This document shows positions 47,227 through 57,374 of a DNA stretch of 64,000 bases, piece by piece. The notes beneath the pieces are model-generated. The model saw only the letters and a program-made list of their open reading frames with translations. It was not told where the DNA came from and ran no database searches. The first letter of the stretch is position 1. Each line of letters begins with the position of its first letter. The position numbers were made by a program, and so were the translations under genes. The stretch comes from Chlamydiia bacterium. Lineage in GTDB: Bacteria > Chlamydiota > Chlamydiia > Chlamydiales > GCA-2402025. The stretch lies in the NCBI GenBank assembly GCA_030427725.1, contig JAUICV010000002.1, positions 136,436-200,435 on the forward strand. The letters run 5' to 3'.

Positions 47227-48408
47227 TTAAACTCTAATATCTATTGTTAAAATTGAGCCCTTGGGTAAATTATCCTCAACATGAACCGTGCCTCCATGCT
47301 TCGTTACGATAGTCTTTACTAGGGATAAACCAAGTCCGGCCCCACCTAACTTCCTGGAAGCTACTTTATCAACAGTTGCAAATCGATCAAAGATATGTTT
47401 TTGATATTCTTTCGGGATCCCTTCTCCCTCATCCGCAATGTTGAGCTCTAATTTTCCTTCGTTGATCTTAAAACTAACTTTGATTTTAGCTGGAGACTCT
47501 GAATATTTCACGGCATTTTGAAGAAGATTCATAATAGCTAGCTCCAAAAGATCTGGGTCCGCAATAAATTCTGACTGCTTTGATTTTTGCTCTATAGAAA
47601 ACTGAACCTCTGGGTAAAGAGAAAGCAAGTTATGCTGGCAGTGCTCAATCAACACCTTTAAATCAAAAACCTTTTTCTGAGGCTTTGATAGATGGTCCAA
47701 ATCAGTCAGAAGCAAAAGATTTTTTACAATCTTATCCATCCTATGACAGGACTTTAAAACTTTCTCACAGATTCCTTCCAACATATCTTCAGAAATCTCA
47801 GGAAGATCTCTCAAGGTTTCGATAAAACCTTTAATAATTGTAATAGGAGTTCGAAGTTCATGAGAAGCGTTTGAGATGAATTCTTTCCCCATGACGACTT
47901 GCTTTTGATCTTCTGCTATACCTTTTATGATGAGAGTGTAGTACTTTTCATCCTCAATTGGAGAAATAACAACCTCGAAAAGTTCTTTTGGATTATCTCC
48001 TGAGTATTTTTCTCTAATCAAACTTTTGTACTGATAAGATCTATTTAGCTTTTTCTTTAAAAAGTCAAAAAGTTCTAAATTTCTTTTCGGCTCTATCTCA
48101 TAAAATGACCCCTTGTAAAGCTTTGAAACCCCAAAAAGTTTAGTAAAGGAACTATTACTTCCCTCTATCATTAATCGTTTGTTTAAAATAAGGCCTGAAT
48201 CATCAAAGAGCTCGAGAAGTTCTTGATGAGTTTCCCCTTTATACTTCGACCGAGTTTTTCTTTTCATTAAAGACAAAACTCCCCACCCAAAGAGCCCTCC
48301 TAGAAACAAAACCCACTTTATCAATAAACCGCTAGTTTGAGATATCATCAATTCTGGAAAAATAATCAGAAGGATCCCAGCGATGACAAAAGCTAAAAAG
48401 ACAATCAA
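47227..48408 (-). CDS. Sensor histidine kinase (no adjacent response regulator)
   Basis: Two N-terminal TM helices; H-box SHELRTPIT; N-box LLQNAVKYS; G1 DEGEGIP; G2 GGAGLGLS. The start is TTG at 48408; an alternative ATG lies 20 codons in. Confidence 0.85.
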   Translation of the reverse strand: MIVFLAFVIAGILLIIFPELMISQTSGLLIKWVLFLGGLFGWGVLSLMKRKTRSKYKGETHQELLELFDDSGLILNKRLMIEGSNSSFTKLFGVSKLYKGSFYEIEPKRNLELFDFLKKKLNRSYQYKSLIREKYSGDNPKELFEVVISPIEDEKYYTLIIKGIAEDQKQVVMGKEFISNASHELRTPITIIKGFIETLRDLPEISEDMLEGICEKVLKSCHRMDKIVKNLLLLTDLDHLSKPQKKVFDLKVLIEHCQHNLLSLYPEVQFSIEQKSKQSEFIADPDLLELAIMNLLQNAVKYSESPAKIKVSFKINEGKLELNIADEGEGIPKEYQKHIFDRFATVDKVASRKLGGAGLGLSLVKTIVTKHGGTVHVEDNLPKGSILTIDIRV

Positions 48409-48534
48409 AAAAAGAACCTATTTTTCTTATAAACTTTCCAAGGAAGTTTACAAAAAGACTTCGTTTTTTAATAGATTTGCTCATAAAAAACATATCTTCT
48501 GAAGCAAGATTTTTTAGCGTATATTTTGAAAAAA

Positions 48535-50916
48535 TCAGCGCTGGTCACCTTTTAGGGACTGTAATTTGTAAATAGACAGCTTATCTGTAAATCCTTTTAT
48601 ATCGATATTTTCCAGCGGCTCAGCTTCGATAACTTTATTGACCTCAGCATCATCAAAGACTTGCTTGGAAAGATAAATTTCCGTTGGCTTCGCTAAAGAG
48701 CACAGCCTAGACCCTAGATTCACATTCGACCCTAATACTGTATAATTGAGTCTATTTTCAGCGCCCATATTCCCAACAACCATGTTCCCTTTGTGGATGC
48801 CTATTCCCATTTCGATTTTAGGCAAATTGGCACTGACTCTTTCATTATTCCACTGCTTTAAGACCGCTTGAACTTCTACAGCACACTTAATTGCATGAAG
48901 GCAGCTCTCTGGCTTTGAAATAGGTGCTCCAAAAAGAGCCATAACTTCATCTCCTACGTATTTGTCGATAACGCCGCCATATTTATCAACAACAGTAGAC
49001 ACTTTTGTCATGCATTCATTTAGAAGTGTAATCACCTCTTGTGGGCTCATCTTTTCTGTTAAGCTTGTAAATCCTCTGATATCTGCAAAAAATACTGTGA
49101 CGTCCCTTTCCTCTCCACCAAGATGTGTATCGCCTTTTAAGATTGCATCTGCAATTTCTTGAGAAACCACTTTGTTAAGGACTCCTCTAACTCTTTCTTT
49201 TTCTTTCAGTCCTTTAACCATTTCAGAAAATGACTGATATAAAACATCAACTTCATTGCGTTTTGAGATTCTTTTAAGCTCTGGGATATTGACTTTGTCT
49301 AAGTTGCCTTCTTTTACAAAATGTGTTGCTTGAGCGAGCACTGAGATAGGTTTTGTAACTCTTCGAGCTATTTGTGATAACACAAGCAGCACTATGACAA
49401 GCGCTATAAGAGCGCTTAGTCTCATTTGCATTGAAACTTGAGAAATTAAATCTTTAGCATCTGAGGTCAAAGACCTTACCAAACCAAACTCTTCTTCCAT
49501 AGGAGTTAGTGTAAAAAAGTGAAAATCCAACCCTTCTAAGGGCGTCATATGGATAAAATAATAATGTGCCCCCTCCAGATCTATCTCTCCAGATCTACTT
49601 GACAACATCCTTCTTATATCGTGTTTATCAAAAAGGCTCGTGCTCATTTTTTGACCATCTTGGCTATAAGCACTGACAAGGTGGTCTTTTGAAATAAAGG
49701 CAGACACCTTATGTGTTGATAAAGAAAGATCCTTTAAAATATTCCCTCCATTTATCCCTACAGTTAAATCAGAGACCCCTTCTTTTCCTTTGATGGAAAG
49801 TGTATTCCCAAAAAACAGCTCTTCTTCCTTTTTAGAAAGAAACGCAGCTAGTGTATGCTCAAAATGATCGCTTCCACTAGATTCTTGTAAAGATGTAAAA
49901 GGTTGCTTATCAAACACCTGATCATTATATAGCACAGACGCTTGCTTTTGACCGGCCTGTTGTCTAGCAAAACCCACTGGAGCTAAGTCGCTGAAAGGAT
50001 CGTACTCAAAAGGACCTGAAGAAACTAAAATAGATAAGCCCCATATCATTCCAATCTGATCGTATCTAGAAATAAATTTTTGTAACTCTATCTCTTCTTT
50101 TCTTTGTTTTTCCTCACTTTCGGGAGCAATCAAATACTGATAAGAGCGCTGTAATAAAGCTGGATCTTTTTTCAATGCAAGCTTTGCTTTTTTTAAATCT
50201 TCTTTGAACTGTACAATAGAGCTTGTAGGAGCTTCTGTTTCAATCCAATGGATATAAGGCTCTATTGGGTTAATGCTTAAGTTTAAGCTCTTAAATTTAA
50301 TATGATCTGGATCTATTTTTGCTAAATCGTCTTGAGAGAACAGCCCGTAAAATCTTGATAGATTTTTTTCAGGATTTTTAATAGGCGGAACATCTGCCAA
50401 AAAATCACTCATTGTGACTGGAATTGCAATCATAGGTCTATGATTTTTTTCATCTGAAAATGGAATAGCCAAGGTTAAACCATCATCTAACTTTACAATA
50501 TGAACCGACTTCAAAGGATCTGTATCCACAGCCATTAAAGCAGAAAGCTTACCATTTCTTTGTGACTGGATCATATCGATCCACTTGTTTGAAGACAAAA
50601 GAGTCGCACATTCAAGCCAGATATTTTGAGAATATTCCAATTTTTGAGACTTAAAAACCCTCTTCATGGGAACAAAGTTATTAATGCGGGATAATAAAGC
50701 GTTAATTTTAGCAGCTTCTTTAGCTAAAACATCAGAGAGATATTTTTCTATTTCTAGTCTTTTTTTCTCATTGGCCTGTTCTATTTGTTGAATGAGTTTT
50801 TTCTCAGATGCATTTAGTGATTTCTTTGTCATGTAGTTTTCCATAACATACGAAACAACAATGACGATAAAAAATAACGCTCCGATATTAAGAAATAATT
50901 TCGTTCTTAGCCGCAT
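48535..50916 (-). CDS. Membrane-bound class III adenylate cyclase with large extracytoplasmic sensor domain and HAMP
   Basis: TM1 LFLNIGALFFIVIVVSYVM, ~470-aa extracytoplasmic region, TM2 LSALIALVIVLLVLSQIA, HAMP (RRVTKPISVLAQATHFV). Cyclase motifs VTVFFADIRGFT, DKYVGDEVMALFG, YTVLGSNVNLGSRL (metal Asp x2, Lys, Asn, Arg present). Confidence 0.85.
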   Translation of the reverse strand: MRLRTKLFLNIGALFFIVIVVSYVMENYMTKKSLNASEKKLIQQIEQANEKKRLEIEKYLSDVLAKEAAKINALLSRINNFVPMKRVFKSQKLEYSQNIWLECATLLSSNKWIDMIQSQRNGKLSALMAVDTDPLKSVHIVKLDDGLTLAIPFSDEKNHRPMIAIPVTMSDFLADVPPIKNPEKNLSRFYGLFSQDDLAKIDPDHIKFKSLNLSINPIEPYIHWIETEAPTSSIVQFKEDLKKAKLALKKDPALLQRSYQYLIAPESEEKQRKEEIELQKFISRYDQIGMIWGLSILVSSGPFEYDPFSDLAPVGFARQQAGQKQASVLYNDQVFDKQPFTSLQESSGSDHFEHTLAAFLSKKEEELFFGNTLSIKGKEGVSDLTVGINGGNILKDLSLSTHKVSAFISKDHLVSAYSQDGQKMSTSLFDKHDIRRMLSSRSGEIDLEGAHYYFIHMTPLEGLDFHFFTLTPMEEEFGLVRSLTSDAKDLISQVSMQMRLSALIALVIVLLVLSQIARRVTKPISVLAQATHFVKEGNLDKVNIPELKRISKRNEVDVLYQSFSEMVKGLKEKERVRGVLNKVVSQEIADAILKGDTHLGGEERDVTVFFADIRGFTSLTEKMSPQEVITLLNECMTKVSTVVDKYGGVIDKYVGDEVMALFGAPISKPESCLHAIKCAVEVQAVLKQWNNERVSANLPKIEMGIGIHKGNMVVGNMGAENRLNYTVLGSNVNLGSRLCSLAKPTEIYLSKQVFDDAEVNKVIEAEPLENIDIKGFTDKLSIYKLQSLKGDQR

Positions 50917-50957
50917 AGTTTTTGGTCTGTCTAATAACTTTCACTAAAAGTTCGACC

Positions 50958-52019
50958 CTAACAGATTGGCATATTTTTATAGAAATTCTTATACCCTGTT
51001 TTAGTTACAAGAATCATTTCTTCTAACCGAATCCCAACACTCTTGGGAATATAAATTCCAGGTTCAATTGTAATAACCATGTTTTCTTCTAATTTCAGAG
51101 AAGAATCCCTTGAATTTATCAATGGTTTTTCATGAAGTTCTATACCCACTCCATGTCCAAGCGAATGCGGCATCGGCTCAAAACCATGTTTTTCTATCAC
51201 AGATCTTGCTAGCTCATCTAACGTTTTAAAGGAAACCCCGGCTTTTACTTCTTTTAAAACCGCCTTTAATGAGGCTAAACAAGCATCGTAGACTTTTTGA
51301 TGCTCCCCTGAAATATTTCCAAATGGAAAAACTCGCGTCATGTCAGAGGCATAACCATCTACTGTAAAACCCGCATCAATCAGCACAAAATTTGAAGAAA
51401 CTAGCTTTTTATGAGAGCTTTTATGATGTGGGATCGCTGCATTTTCACCAAAAGCCACTATAGGTCTAAACGAAGCTTTTTCAGCCCCAAGTAGCAAGGC
51501 TTTTGATTCTAAAAGAGCAGACAGTTCAAGCTCTGTCATACCCTCTTTAAACTGACCACTGATATAAGTCATGGCGTTCATTAACACCTTAGAACTTTTT
51601 TCAAGACAAGCTATCTCATCAGCATCTTTTGTTTGACGAAGTTTTGTTAAAGGATTGGGCAAACCTTCAAGCTTTAATCCTAGCTTTGCAAGGGCTTGAT
51701 ACTTAGAAAAAACGACTTTCTCCGGATCAAATCCTACTTTCCGCTCCTCCGATAAGGTCATTTTAAGATCACTGTATGGATCTTTTTTTAAAGAATTAAA
51801 AACTTCAATATGAGAAACAGATTCTTTCACTGCAAAATAATACCTCCCATCAACATAAAGCTCAGCTTTATCTTGATAAAGGCATAGCGTTCCTCTAGAA
51901 AGATCTACTCCTGTAAGATAAAAAATATCTGTAGGATCTTCTAACAAATAAACAAAGATTTTTTCTTGCTTTAGTAAAGTCTTTGCGTTTTCAAGTCTTT
52001 TTTCTAAATAACTGTTCAA
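50958..52019 (-). CDS. pepP: Xaa-Pro aminopeptidase (M24B)
   Basis: VLIDAGFTVDGYASDMTR, HSLGHGVGIELHE, ITIEPGIY. TTG start; 29-nt overlap with the mutL 3' end. Confidence 0.85.
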   Translation of the reverse strand: MNSYLEKRLENAKTLLKQEKIFVYLLEDPTDIFYLTGVDLSRGTLCLYQDKAELYVDGRYYFAVKESVSHIEVFNSLKKDPYSDLKMTLSEERKVGFDPEKVVFSKYQALAKLGLKLEGLPNPLTKLRQTKDADEIACLEKSSKVLMNAMTYISGQFKEGMTELELSALLESKALLLGAEKASFRPIVAFGENAAIPHHKSSHKKLVSSNFVLIDAGFTVDGYASDMTRVFPFGNISGEHQKVYDACLASLKAVLKEVKAGVSFKTLDELARSVIEKHGFEPMPHSLGHGVGIELHEKPLINSRDSSLKLEENMVITIEPGIYIPKSVGIRLEEMILVTKTGYKNFYKNMPIC

Positions 52020-53790
52020 GATCGCCCTCTTTGATAAACGTTACAACTCGCTCTCCATCAAAAACATAGTCATTAGATACATTATCTAAACCTTTAGAGA
52101 CCAACGCTATTATTTCAGCCTTCGACATCTCGTTTATATTTCGTTTACAAAATGATGAAAATTTTTTAGCTAGTTTCTGATACAACTTCTCTAACTCTAT
52201 CTCTTTTGAAAAAAACGTCTGATCCAATTGATCAGTTAAAAACATTTTAACTTCATTTATTTCATACATAGGCGATAACGCCTCTAAAACAAAACTGTCT
52301 CTATCTAAAACCCTAAGCTCTATTCCTAAATTTAAGAATAGATCTAATTTATCTCCAAGCTCCATGGCTTCTAATTTTGAGAGTTTTATTATTTCAGGAA
52401 ATAGCAATGCTTCTCTTCCTATATCCTTGCCACTAGATTTTAACGACGTCAAAAGTTTTTCAAAATTTAGTTTTTTTTGAAGGCGATTTATATTAATTAA
52501 AACAAGTTCATCTTTTTTTTCTGGAAATAGCTCCTCTAATTCATTGACTGAGAAAAAGGCAAAATGTAAGAAAACTCCTATAAAAGCTTTATCGAAAGCT
52601 AACGAGCTATTACAAAAAGACGAACTAGCTACCACTGGAAAGGTTGGAAGTAAATCTTCTTGGATCTCATTTTTTAACTCTTTAAAGTTTTGACGGTAAA
52701 CCTCTACACTGTTTTTTAAGTCTTTCTTTAGAGGGAAATTGTAGGACATATCGATAGAAACCTTTGATGTTTCCTCTGCTCTTTCGTCAAGTGTCTGCCC
52801 AACTGCTTGTCTGATGAAGTGCTTAACAGCTCTTTCATCTTGAAATTTCACCTGTTTTTTCTGTGGATGAATATTTACATCGAGAAGACTTTGGTCTAAG
52901 TCAAAATAAAGTAAAAACACAGGAAATCGTCTTTCGGGGAGCATGCTTGCGTAACCGTCAGAGACAGCAAAAGAAACCTCTGGAGAAACAACAAAACGAT
53001 GATTAATAAAAAGATGCTGAGATAATCTATTGGGACGTGACTCTAAAGGATTTCCTAAAAAGCCTTTTAATTTAAACCCTCCAAACTCTTTTGAGATCCA
53101 CTTACTTTGCTTCACAAAATTTTTCCCAAGAACATCTTCGGCTCTTTTCTTTAGCATTTCATCATGAGATAAATTTGGATCGACTTTGGCATGGATTAGT
53201 TTTTTATCATCTACAATATAGAGAAATTCAATCTTAGGATTTGAAAGTGCAATATTTGAAACGACTTTGGAAATGTCTGCTAAGGCCATAGGAGCAGATT
53301 TTTGAAATTTCTTCCTAGCTGGTACGTTAAAGAAAAGAGCTCTAACATCAATTGTCGTCCCCTTTTGCCTAGAAGCTTTATCAATAGATGTAACCTTGCC
53401 TCCATTTACAACGAGCGTTGTACCTAAATTATTTTTAAGATCTTGAGATGTCAAAATCGAGAGCTTGGAAATCGAGGCTATCGAAGCTAAAGCCTCTCCT
53501 CTAAACCCCATTGAGCTGACTCTTAGTAGATCTGTAATCTTTTGAATTTTCGACGTTGCATGTCTTTCGATACTCAATAGAACATCGTCATAGCTCATCC
53601 CCACGCCATCATCGCTAATTTTGATTAGTTGAAATCCCCCAGCTCTTATCTCAATGACAATAGATGAAGCTTTTGCATCTATTGCATTTTCTAAAAGTTC
53701 TTTCACTACACTCGATGGACTCTCTACAACTTCCCCTGCCGCAATTTGATTGATTGTTTGATCTTCTAAGACTCGGATAACACTTGGCAT
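51991..53790 (-). CDS. mutL: DNA mismatch repair protein MutL
   Basis: NQIAAGEVVESPSSVVKELLENAIDA, DDGVGM, GFRGEALASI (GHKL ATPase). C-terminal dimerisation region. Confidence 0.9.
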   Translation of the reverse strand: MPSVIRVLEDQTINQIAAGEVVESPSSVVKELLENAIDAKASSIVIEIRAGGFQLIKISDDGVGMSYDDVLLSIERHATSKIQKITDLLRVSSMGFRGEALASIASISKLSILTSQDLKNNLGTTLVVNGGKVTSIDKASRQKGTTIDVRALFFNVPARKKFQKSAPMALADISKVVSNIALSNPKIEFLYIVDDKKLIHAKVDPNLSHDEMLKKRAEDVLGKNFVKQSKWISKEFGGFKLKGFLGNPLESRPNRLSQHLFINHRFVVSPEVSFAVSDGYASMLPERRFPVFLLYFDLDQSLLDVNIHPQKKQVKFQDERAVKHFIRQAVGQTLDERAEETSKVSIDMSYNFPLKKDLKNSVEVYRQNFKELKNEIQEDLLPTFPVVASSSFCNSSLAFDKAFIGVFLHFAFFSVNELEELFPEKKDELVLININRLQKKLNFEKLLTSLKSSGKDIGREALLFPEIIKLSKLEAMELGDKLDLFLNLGIELRVLDRDSFVLEALSPMYEINEVKMFLTDQLDQTFFSKEIELEKLYQKLAKKFSSFCKRNINEMSKAEIIALVSKGLDNVSNDYVFDGERVVTFIKEGDLEQLFRKKT

Positions 53791-53929
53791 TTTCTCTCCT
53801 ATTATCTCTTGGAATTAGGGTAACACCTCCTCAAATTTTTGAACTAGCAAATCTCAAAACGCTTGCCAGAGCTTTGACCTTTCGATATTCTGAGGATTCA
53901 ACGTAATCTGATTTCCGAAGGCCCCTGCT

Positions 53930-55690
53930 ATGAGTACAACCAATACATTTCCTAAAGTTTGGGATTTAAAATCTATTTTCACTAAAAATAAGACTGAGTA
54001 CAACTTTGAGGAATTTGTCTCTTCTATAGAGATAAATTTAGCGTCTTTACAAGACTCTATTTCCGATTCAAATATTAGTTCATGCATATCTCTTGAGCAA
54101 GAGATCTATCAAGACTTATATACACTCTCAGCTTTTGGGACTTGTTTGTTTTCTGAAAACACAAAGAACATAGAAGCATTACAAATCCAAGAAAAGTACA
54201 GGCTATTACAAGCTGAGTTTGAAAAGCTTTCTTTAAAACTAGACCTTCAATTCAAAGAGTTGTCTGAAGATGCGTTTGAAAAACTTTTAGAAGACCCTTC
54301 ATTGCAATCTGTAAGCTTTTATCTTCAAGAAAGGAAGCATCTCGCCAAAGACTTACTTTCTGAAAAAGAGGAAGAGCTTATCTGTGATCTGTCTATTGAT
54401 GGTTATCATGGTTTTTCTCAAACTTTTGAGACTCTTCATGGCGGGCTAAGTTTCCCCTTTAAGGAAGAAAATCTCTCCTATGGACAAATAGAAAATAAGC
54501 TTTGTAGCGCCAATAGAAAAGAGCGAATAGAGAGTTTTGAAGTTTTCAAAAAGGTATTTAAACAAAACGAAGACCTTTTTGCTCAACTTATAAACCATAT
54601 CGCAGGGTTTAGACTAAAGCTCTATGAAAAAAGAGGCTGGGACAGTCCCGTTTTCGAACCTCTTTTTAGAAATCGCATGAAAAAGAGCACATTAGATGCT
54701 ATGTTTTCTTCTATTCAAAGAAAAAGCGATATGCTTTCTCAATTCATGCAGAGAAAAGCTTCGCTTTTAGGCCTAAAAGAACTTAGCTGGCATGACATCG
54801 AGCCTCCTGTTTTCGAAACAGATTCTCACGTTTCTTATGATAAAGCCGCTACACTGATAATCAACCAATTCGAAACGTTGAGCAAAGATTTAGCAAGTTT
54901 TGCAAAAAAAGCTTTAGAAAGTCCTTGGATTGACGCAGAGGACAGGTCTGGGAAATCAGCAGGTGGATTTTGTATTGGATTTCCTCATATAAAGCAGTCT
55001 CGCATCTTTATGACTTACAATGGCACTAAGCAAAACGTAGCAACACTTGCTCATGAACTTGGCCATGCTTATCACAATGAAGTCATCTTTGATCTTCCAG
55101 CTTTTGCCCAGGTGATAAAAATGAATGTTGCAGAAACAGCCTCCACCATGGCAGAGATGATTGTTTCCCAAGCTCTCTATCAAAAAGCTCAAACAAAAGA
55201 AGAAAAAATTTCAGCCCTAGATGAAAAAATCTCAAGAGCCATAGCTTTTTGTATGAATCTTCGAGCAAGATTCCTTTTCGAAAAAGAATTTTATGAGTTA
55301 AGAAAAAAAGGGTACGTCCCTTCAAATAGACTCTCTGAGCTAATGGAAAATGCTCAAAAACAAGCCTATAACAACTCTTTATCAGAATATCACCCACATT
55401 TTTGGGCTTCAAAACTTCATTTTTATTTTACTGACGAGCCGTTCTATAACTTTCCTTATATCTTTGGTTTTTTACTAAGTCTTGGTTTTTACGAATCATT
55501 TAAGAATGATCCCAAGCTCTTTGAGGAGAAATTTCGAGCCTTTTTATACGATAGTGCTCAAATGGATGTTGAAACACTTTGCAATAAGCACCTTGGAAAA
55601 GACCTGGGATCTCAAGAGTTTTGGGATTTAGCCATGGACTCTATTGAAAAAGACATCAAAGAGTTTCTATTACTTACGGACGAGCAATGA
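53930..55690 (+). CDS. pepF: Oligoendopeptidase F-like M3 metallopeptidase
   Basis: HELGHAYH (HEXXH) with downstream E (AETAS). About 586 aa, typical M3B length. Confidence 0.8.
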   Translation: MSTTNTFPKVWDLKSIFTKNKTEYNFEEFVSSIEINLASLQDSISDSNISSCISLEQEIYQDLYTLSAFGTCLFSENTKNIEALQIQEKYRLLQAEFEKLSLKLDLQFKELSEDAFEKLLEDPSLQSVSFYLQERKHLAKDLLSEKEEELICDLSIDGYHGFSQTFETLHGGLSFPFKEENLSYGQIENKLCSANRKERIESFEVFKKVFKQNEDLFAQLINHIAGFRLKLYEKRGWDSPVFEPLFRNRMKKSTLDAMFSSIQRKSDMLSQFMQRKASLLGLKELSWHDIEPPVFETDSHVSYDKAATLIINQFETLSKDLASFAKKALESPWIDAEDRSGKSAGGFCIGFPHIKQSRIFMTYNGTKQNVATLAHELGHAYHNEVIFDLPAFAQVIKMNVAETASTMAEMIVSQALYQKAQTKEEKISALDEKISRAIAFCMNLRARFLFEKEFYELRKKGYVPSNRLSELMENAQKQAYNNSLSEYHPHFWASKLHFYFTDEPFYNFPYIFGFLLSLGFYESFKNDPKLFEEKFRAFLYDSAQMDVETLCNKHLGKDLGSQEFWDLAMDSIEKDIKEFLLLTDEQ

Positions 55691-57333
55691 AACTCTTATG
55701 TCATTTAGCTCTGATCACTTTTTTTTCTACAGGATTTTGTAGCTATCCAAAGCTAGAGAACCTTTCCATCGAAGAAAAAATAGGTCAGATGCTTATGACG
55801 CATTTTAATGGTATCGAGTTAAATGATTCAGCTAAAACCTTAATCGAAAAAGCCCATATTGGCGGAATCATATATTACAGCTTTTCAAACCCATTTAAAT
55901 CACCTGAAGAGGTTTTAGATTTAAGTAACGCTTTGCAAGCTCATACTCAAGTCACACAATCGAAAATTCCCCTCCTAATCTCCATCGATCAAGAAGGCGG
56001 TCTAGTATCGAGATTGGAACATGGATTTACTATTTTTCCATCTCCAAAAGCGGTAGCCAAAGCAAAAGATGACAAACTTGCTAAAAACATAGCCGAGCTT
56101 ATTGCATTGGAACTCAAAAGCGTTGGGGTTAATATGAACCTATCCCCACTTGCTGACATTAGCTCAGAAAAAAATCCGATTATTGGAATTCGATCGTTTG
56201 GAGCTAAAGCAGAAACAGTTACAAAATTTACAGGAGCTTATTTAAAAGGTTACAAAAAAGCCCAAGTGATTTCTTGTATGAAACACTATCCGGGACATGG
56301 CCCTGTTTTTACTGACCCTCATCACTCTTTACCTCGCTGTGAAAAAACATTAAAAGAACTCGAAAGCAAGGACCTCATCCCTTTTCAAAAGCTACACTCA
56401 AAAGCTGAGTGTATCATGACCGCCCATGTTCTGTACTCGAAAATAGATTCTGAGTATTGCGCTACTCTTTCTGAGAAAATTCTAGAACAGCACCTTAGGA
56501 AAAAACTTAAATTCCAAGGGGTGATCGTTTCTGATTCTTTAGTGATGGATGGACTGCTTGAAAACCTTCCAAATATTGAAGAAGCTTCTTTAAAAGCTCT
56601 GCAAGCTGGATGCGACCTTCTTATTTTAGGAGGCAAAAAACTATTTGGAAAAGAGATTGGTTTTGAACTGACCCCCAACGATATTTTAAAAATTCATAAA
56701 TTTCTTTGTATGGCTGTTCGAGAAGGAAAGTTAAACCGCTCAAAAATTGATCAATCTGTGCAACGTATTTTAAAAATGAAAAAAAAATATCGTCTCTTCG
56801 AGAGGAAATCCTTACAAACCACTAAACTTAAGCACTGCATTGATACCGCCAAGGCTCGTTCACTGATTCAAAAAGTTGCAGAAAAATCTTTGGATATCTC
56901 CATACAAAAAGAATTAAAACACCCTGCAAGCTCCTATAACTTAATTGCTCCAACCATTTTATCAAAAGCTGTACTAAACTCTTCGATGCCCAATGTCTTT
57001 AAAAATTTAGTCTTCTATGATTCACTTAATCCTAGCGATAAAGAAATAGAACAAATTTTAAGTCAGACAGACCCTCACTCAAACCTTTTGATTCTTACTT
57101 ACAAAGCTTGGAAAAATCCCAAACAGCTTGACCTTCTAAAAAAAATAAAAGAAAATAGGGAAATCATTTTACTTTCTTCGACAGAAGAAATTGATACAGA
57201 AAATCTTAAGAAGCTATCTCACGTATTATTACTAGCTCACTCTCCAACTCCTAGTTGCTTAGATGCCTCTTTAAATGCTCTAAGCTCTTACCTGCCACCC
57301 TCTCCTCCATCTCCTATAGAGAAAAATTCTTAA
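55687..57333 (+). CDS. Glycoside hydrolase family 3 beta-N-acetylhexosaminidase-like (NagZ-like) with signal peptide and C-terminal extension
   Basis: Signal peptide MKLLCHLALITFFSTGFC; ISIDQEGG; KHYPGHG; GVIVSDSLVMDG. ATGA overlap with the pepF stop. Confidence 0.75.
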   Translation: MKLLCHLALITFFSTGFCSYPKLENLSIEEKIGQMLMTHFNGIELNDSAKTLIEKAHIGGIIYYSFSNPFKSPEEVLDLSNALQAHTQVTQSKIPLLISIDQEGGLVSRLEHGFTIFPSPKAVAKAKDDKLAKNIAELIALELKSVGVNMNLSPLADISSEKNPIIGIRSFGAKAETVTKFTGAYLKGYKKAQVISCMKHYPGHGPVFTDPHHSLPRCEKTLKELESKDLIPFQKLHSKAECIMTAHVLYSKIDSEYCATLSEKILEQHLRKKLKFQGVIVSDSLVMDGLLENLPNIEEASLKALQAGCDLLILGGKKLFGKEIGFELTPNDILKIHKFLCMAVREGKLNRSKIDQSVQRILKMKKKYRLFERKSLQTTKLKHCIDTAKARSLIQKVAEKSLDISIQKELKHPASSYNLIAPTILSKAVLNSSMPNVFKNLVFYDSLNPSDKEIEQILSQTDPHSNLLILTYKAWKNPKQLDLLKKIKENREIILLSSTEEIDTENLKKLSHVLLLAHSPTPSCLDASLNALSSYLPPSPPSPIEKNS

Positions 57334-57374
57334 ATGAGTTATACCTAAAGAAAAAGGTAAAACAGGTCTTTTTC

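Noticed and set aside
53854-55412. ORFs 53854-54087(-), 54956-55192(-) and 55083-55412(-) opposite pepF
   Set aside because: They are antisense to a gene with an HEXXH-supported frame.
7603-55690. ATGA start/stop overlaps (wza/wzc-like 7603-7606, GT9/GT9 25439-25442, lipA/HEAT 38065-38068, pepF/GH3 55687-55690) considered as evidence of functional linkage
   Set aside because: Such overlaps are common translational coupling in compact genomes. The lipA/HEAT and pepF/GH3 pairs show no functional logic, so the overlap alone is not informative.
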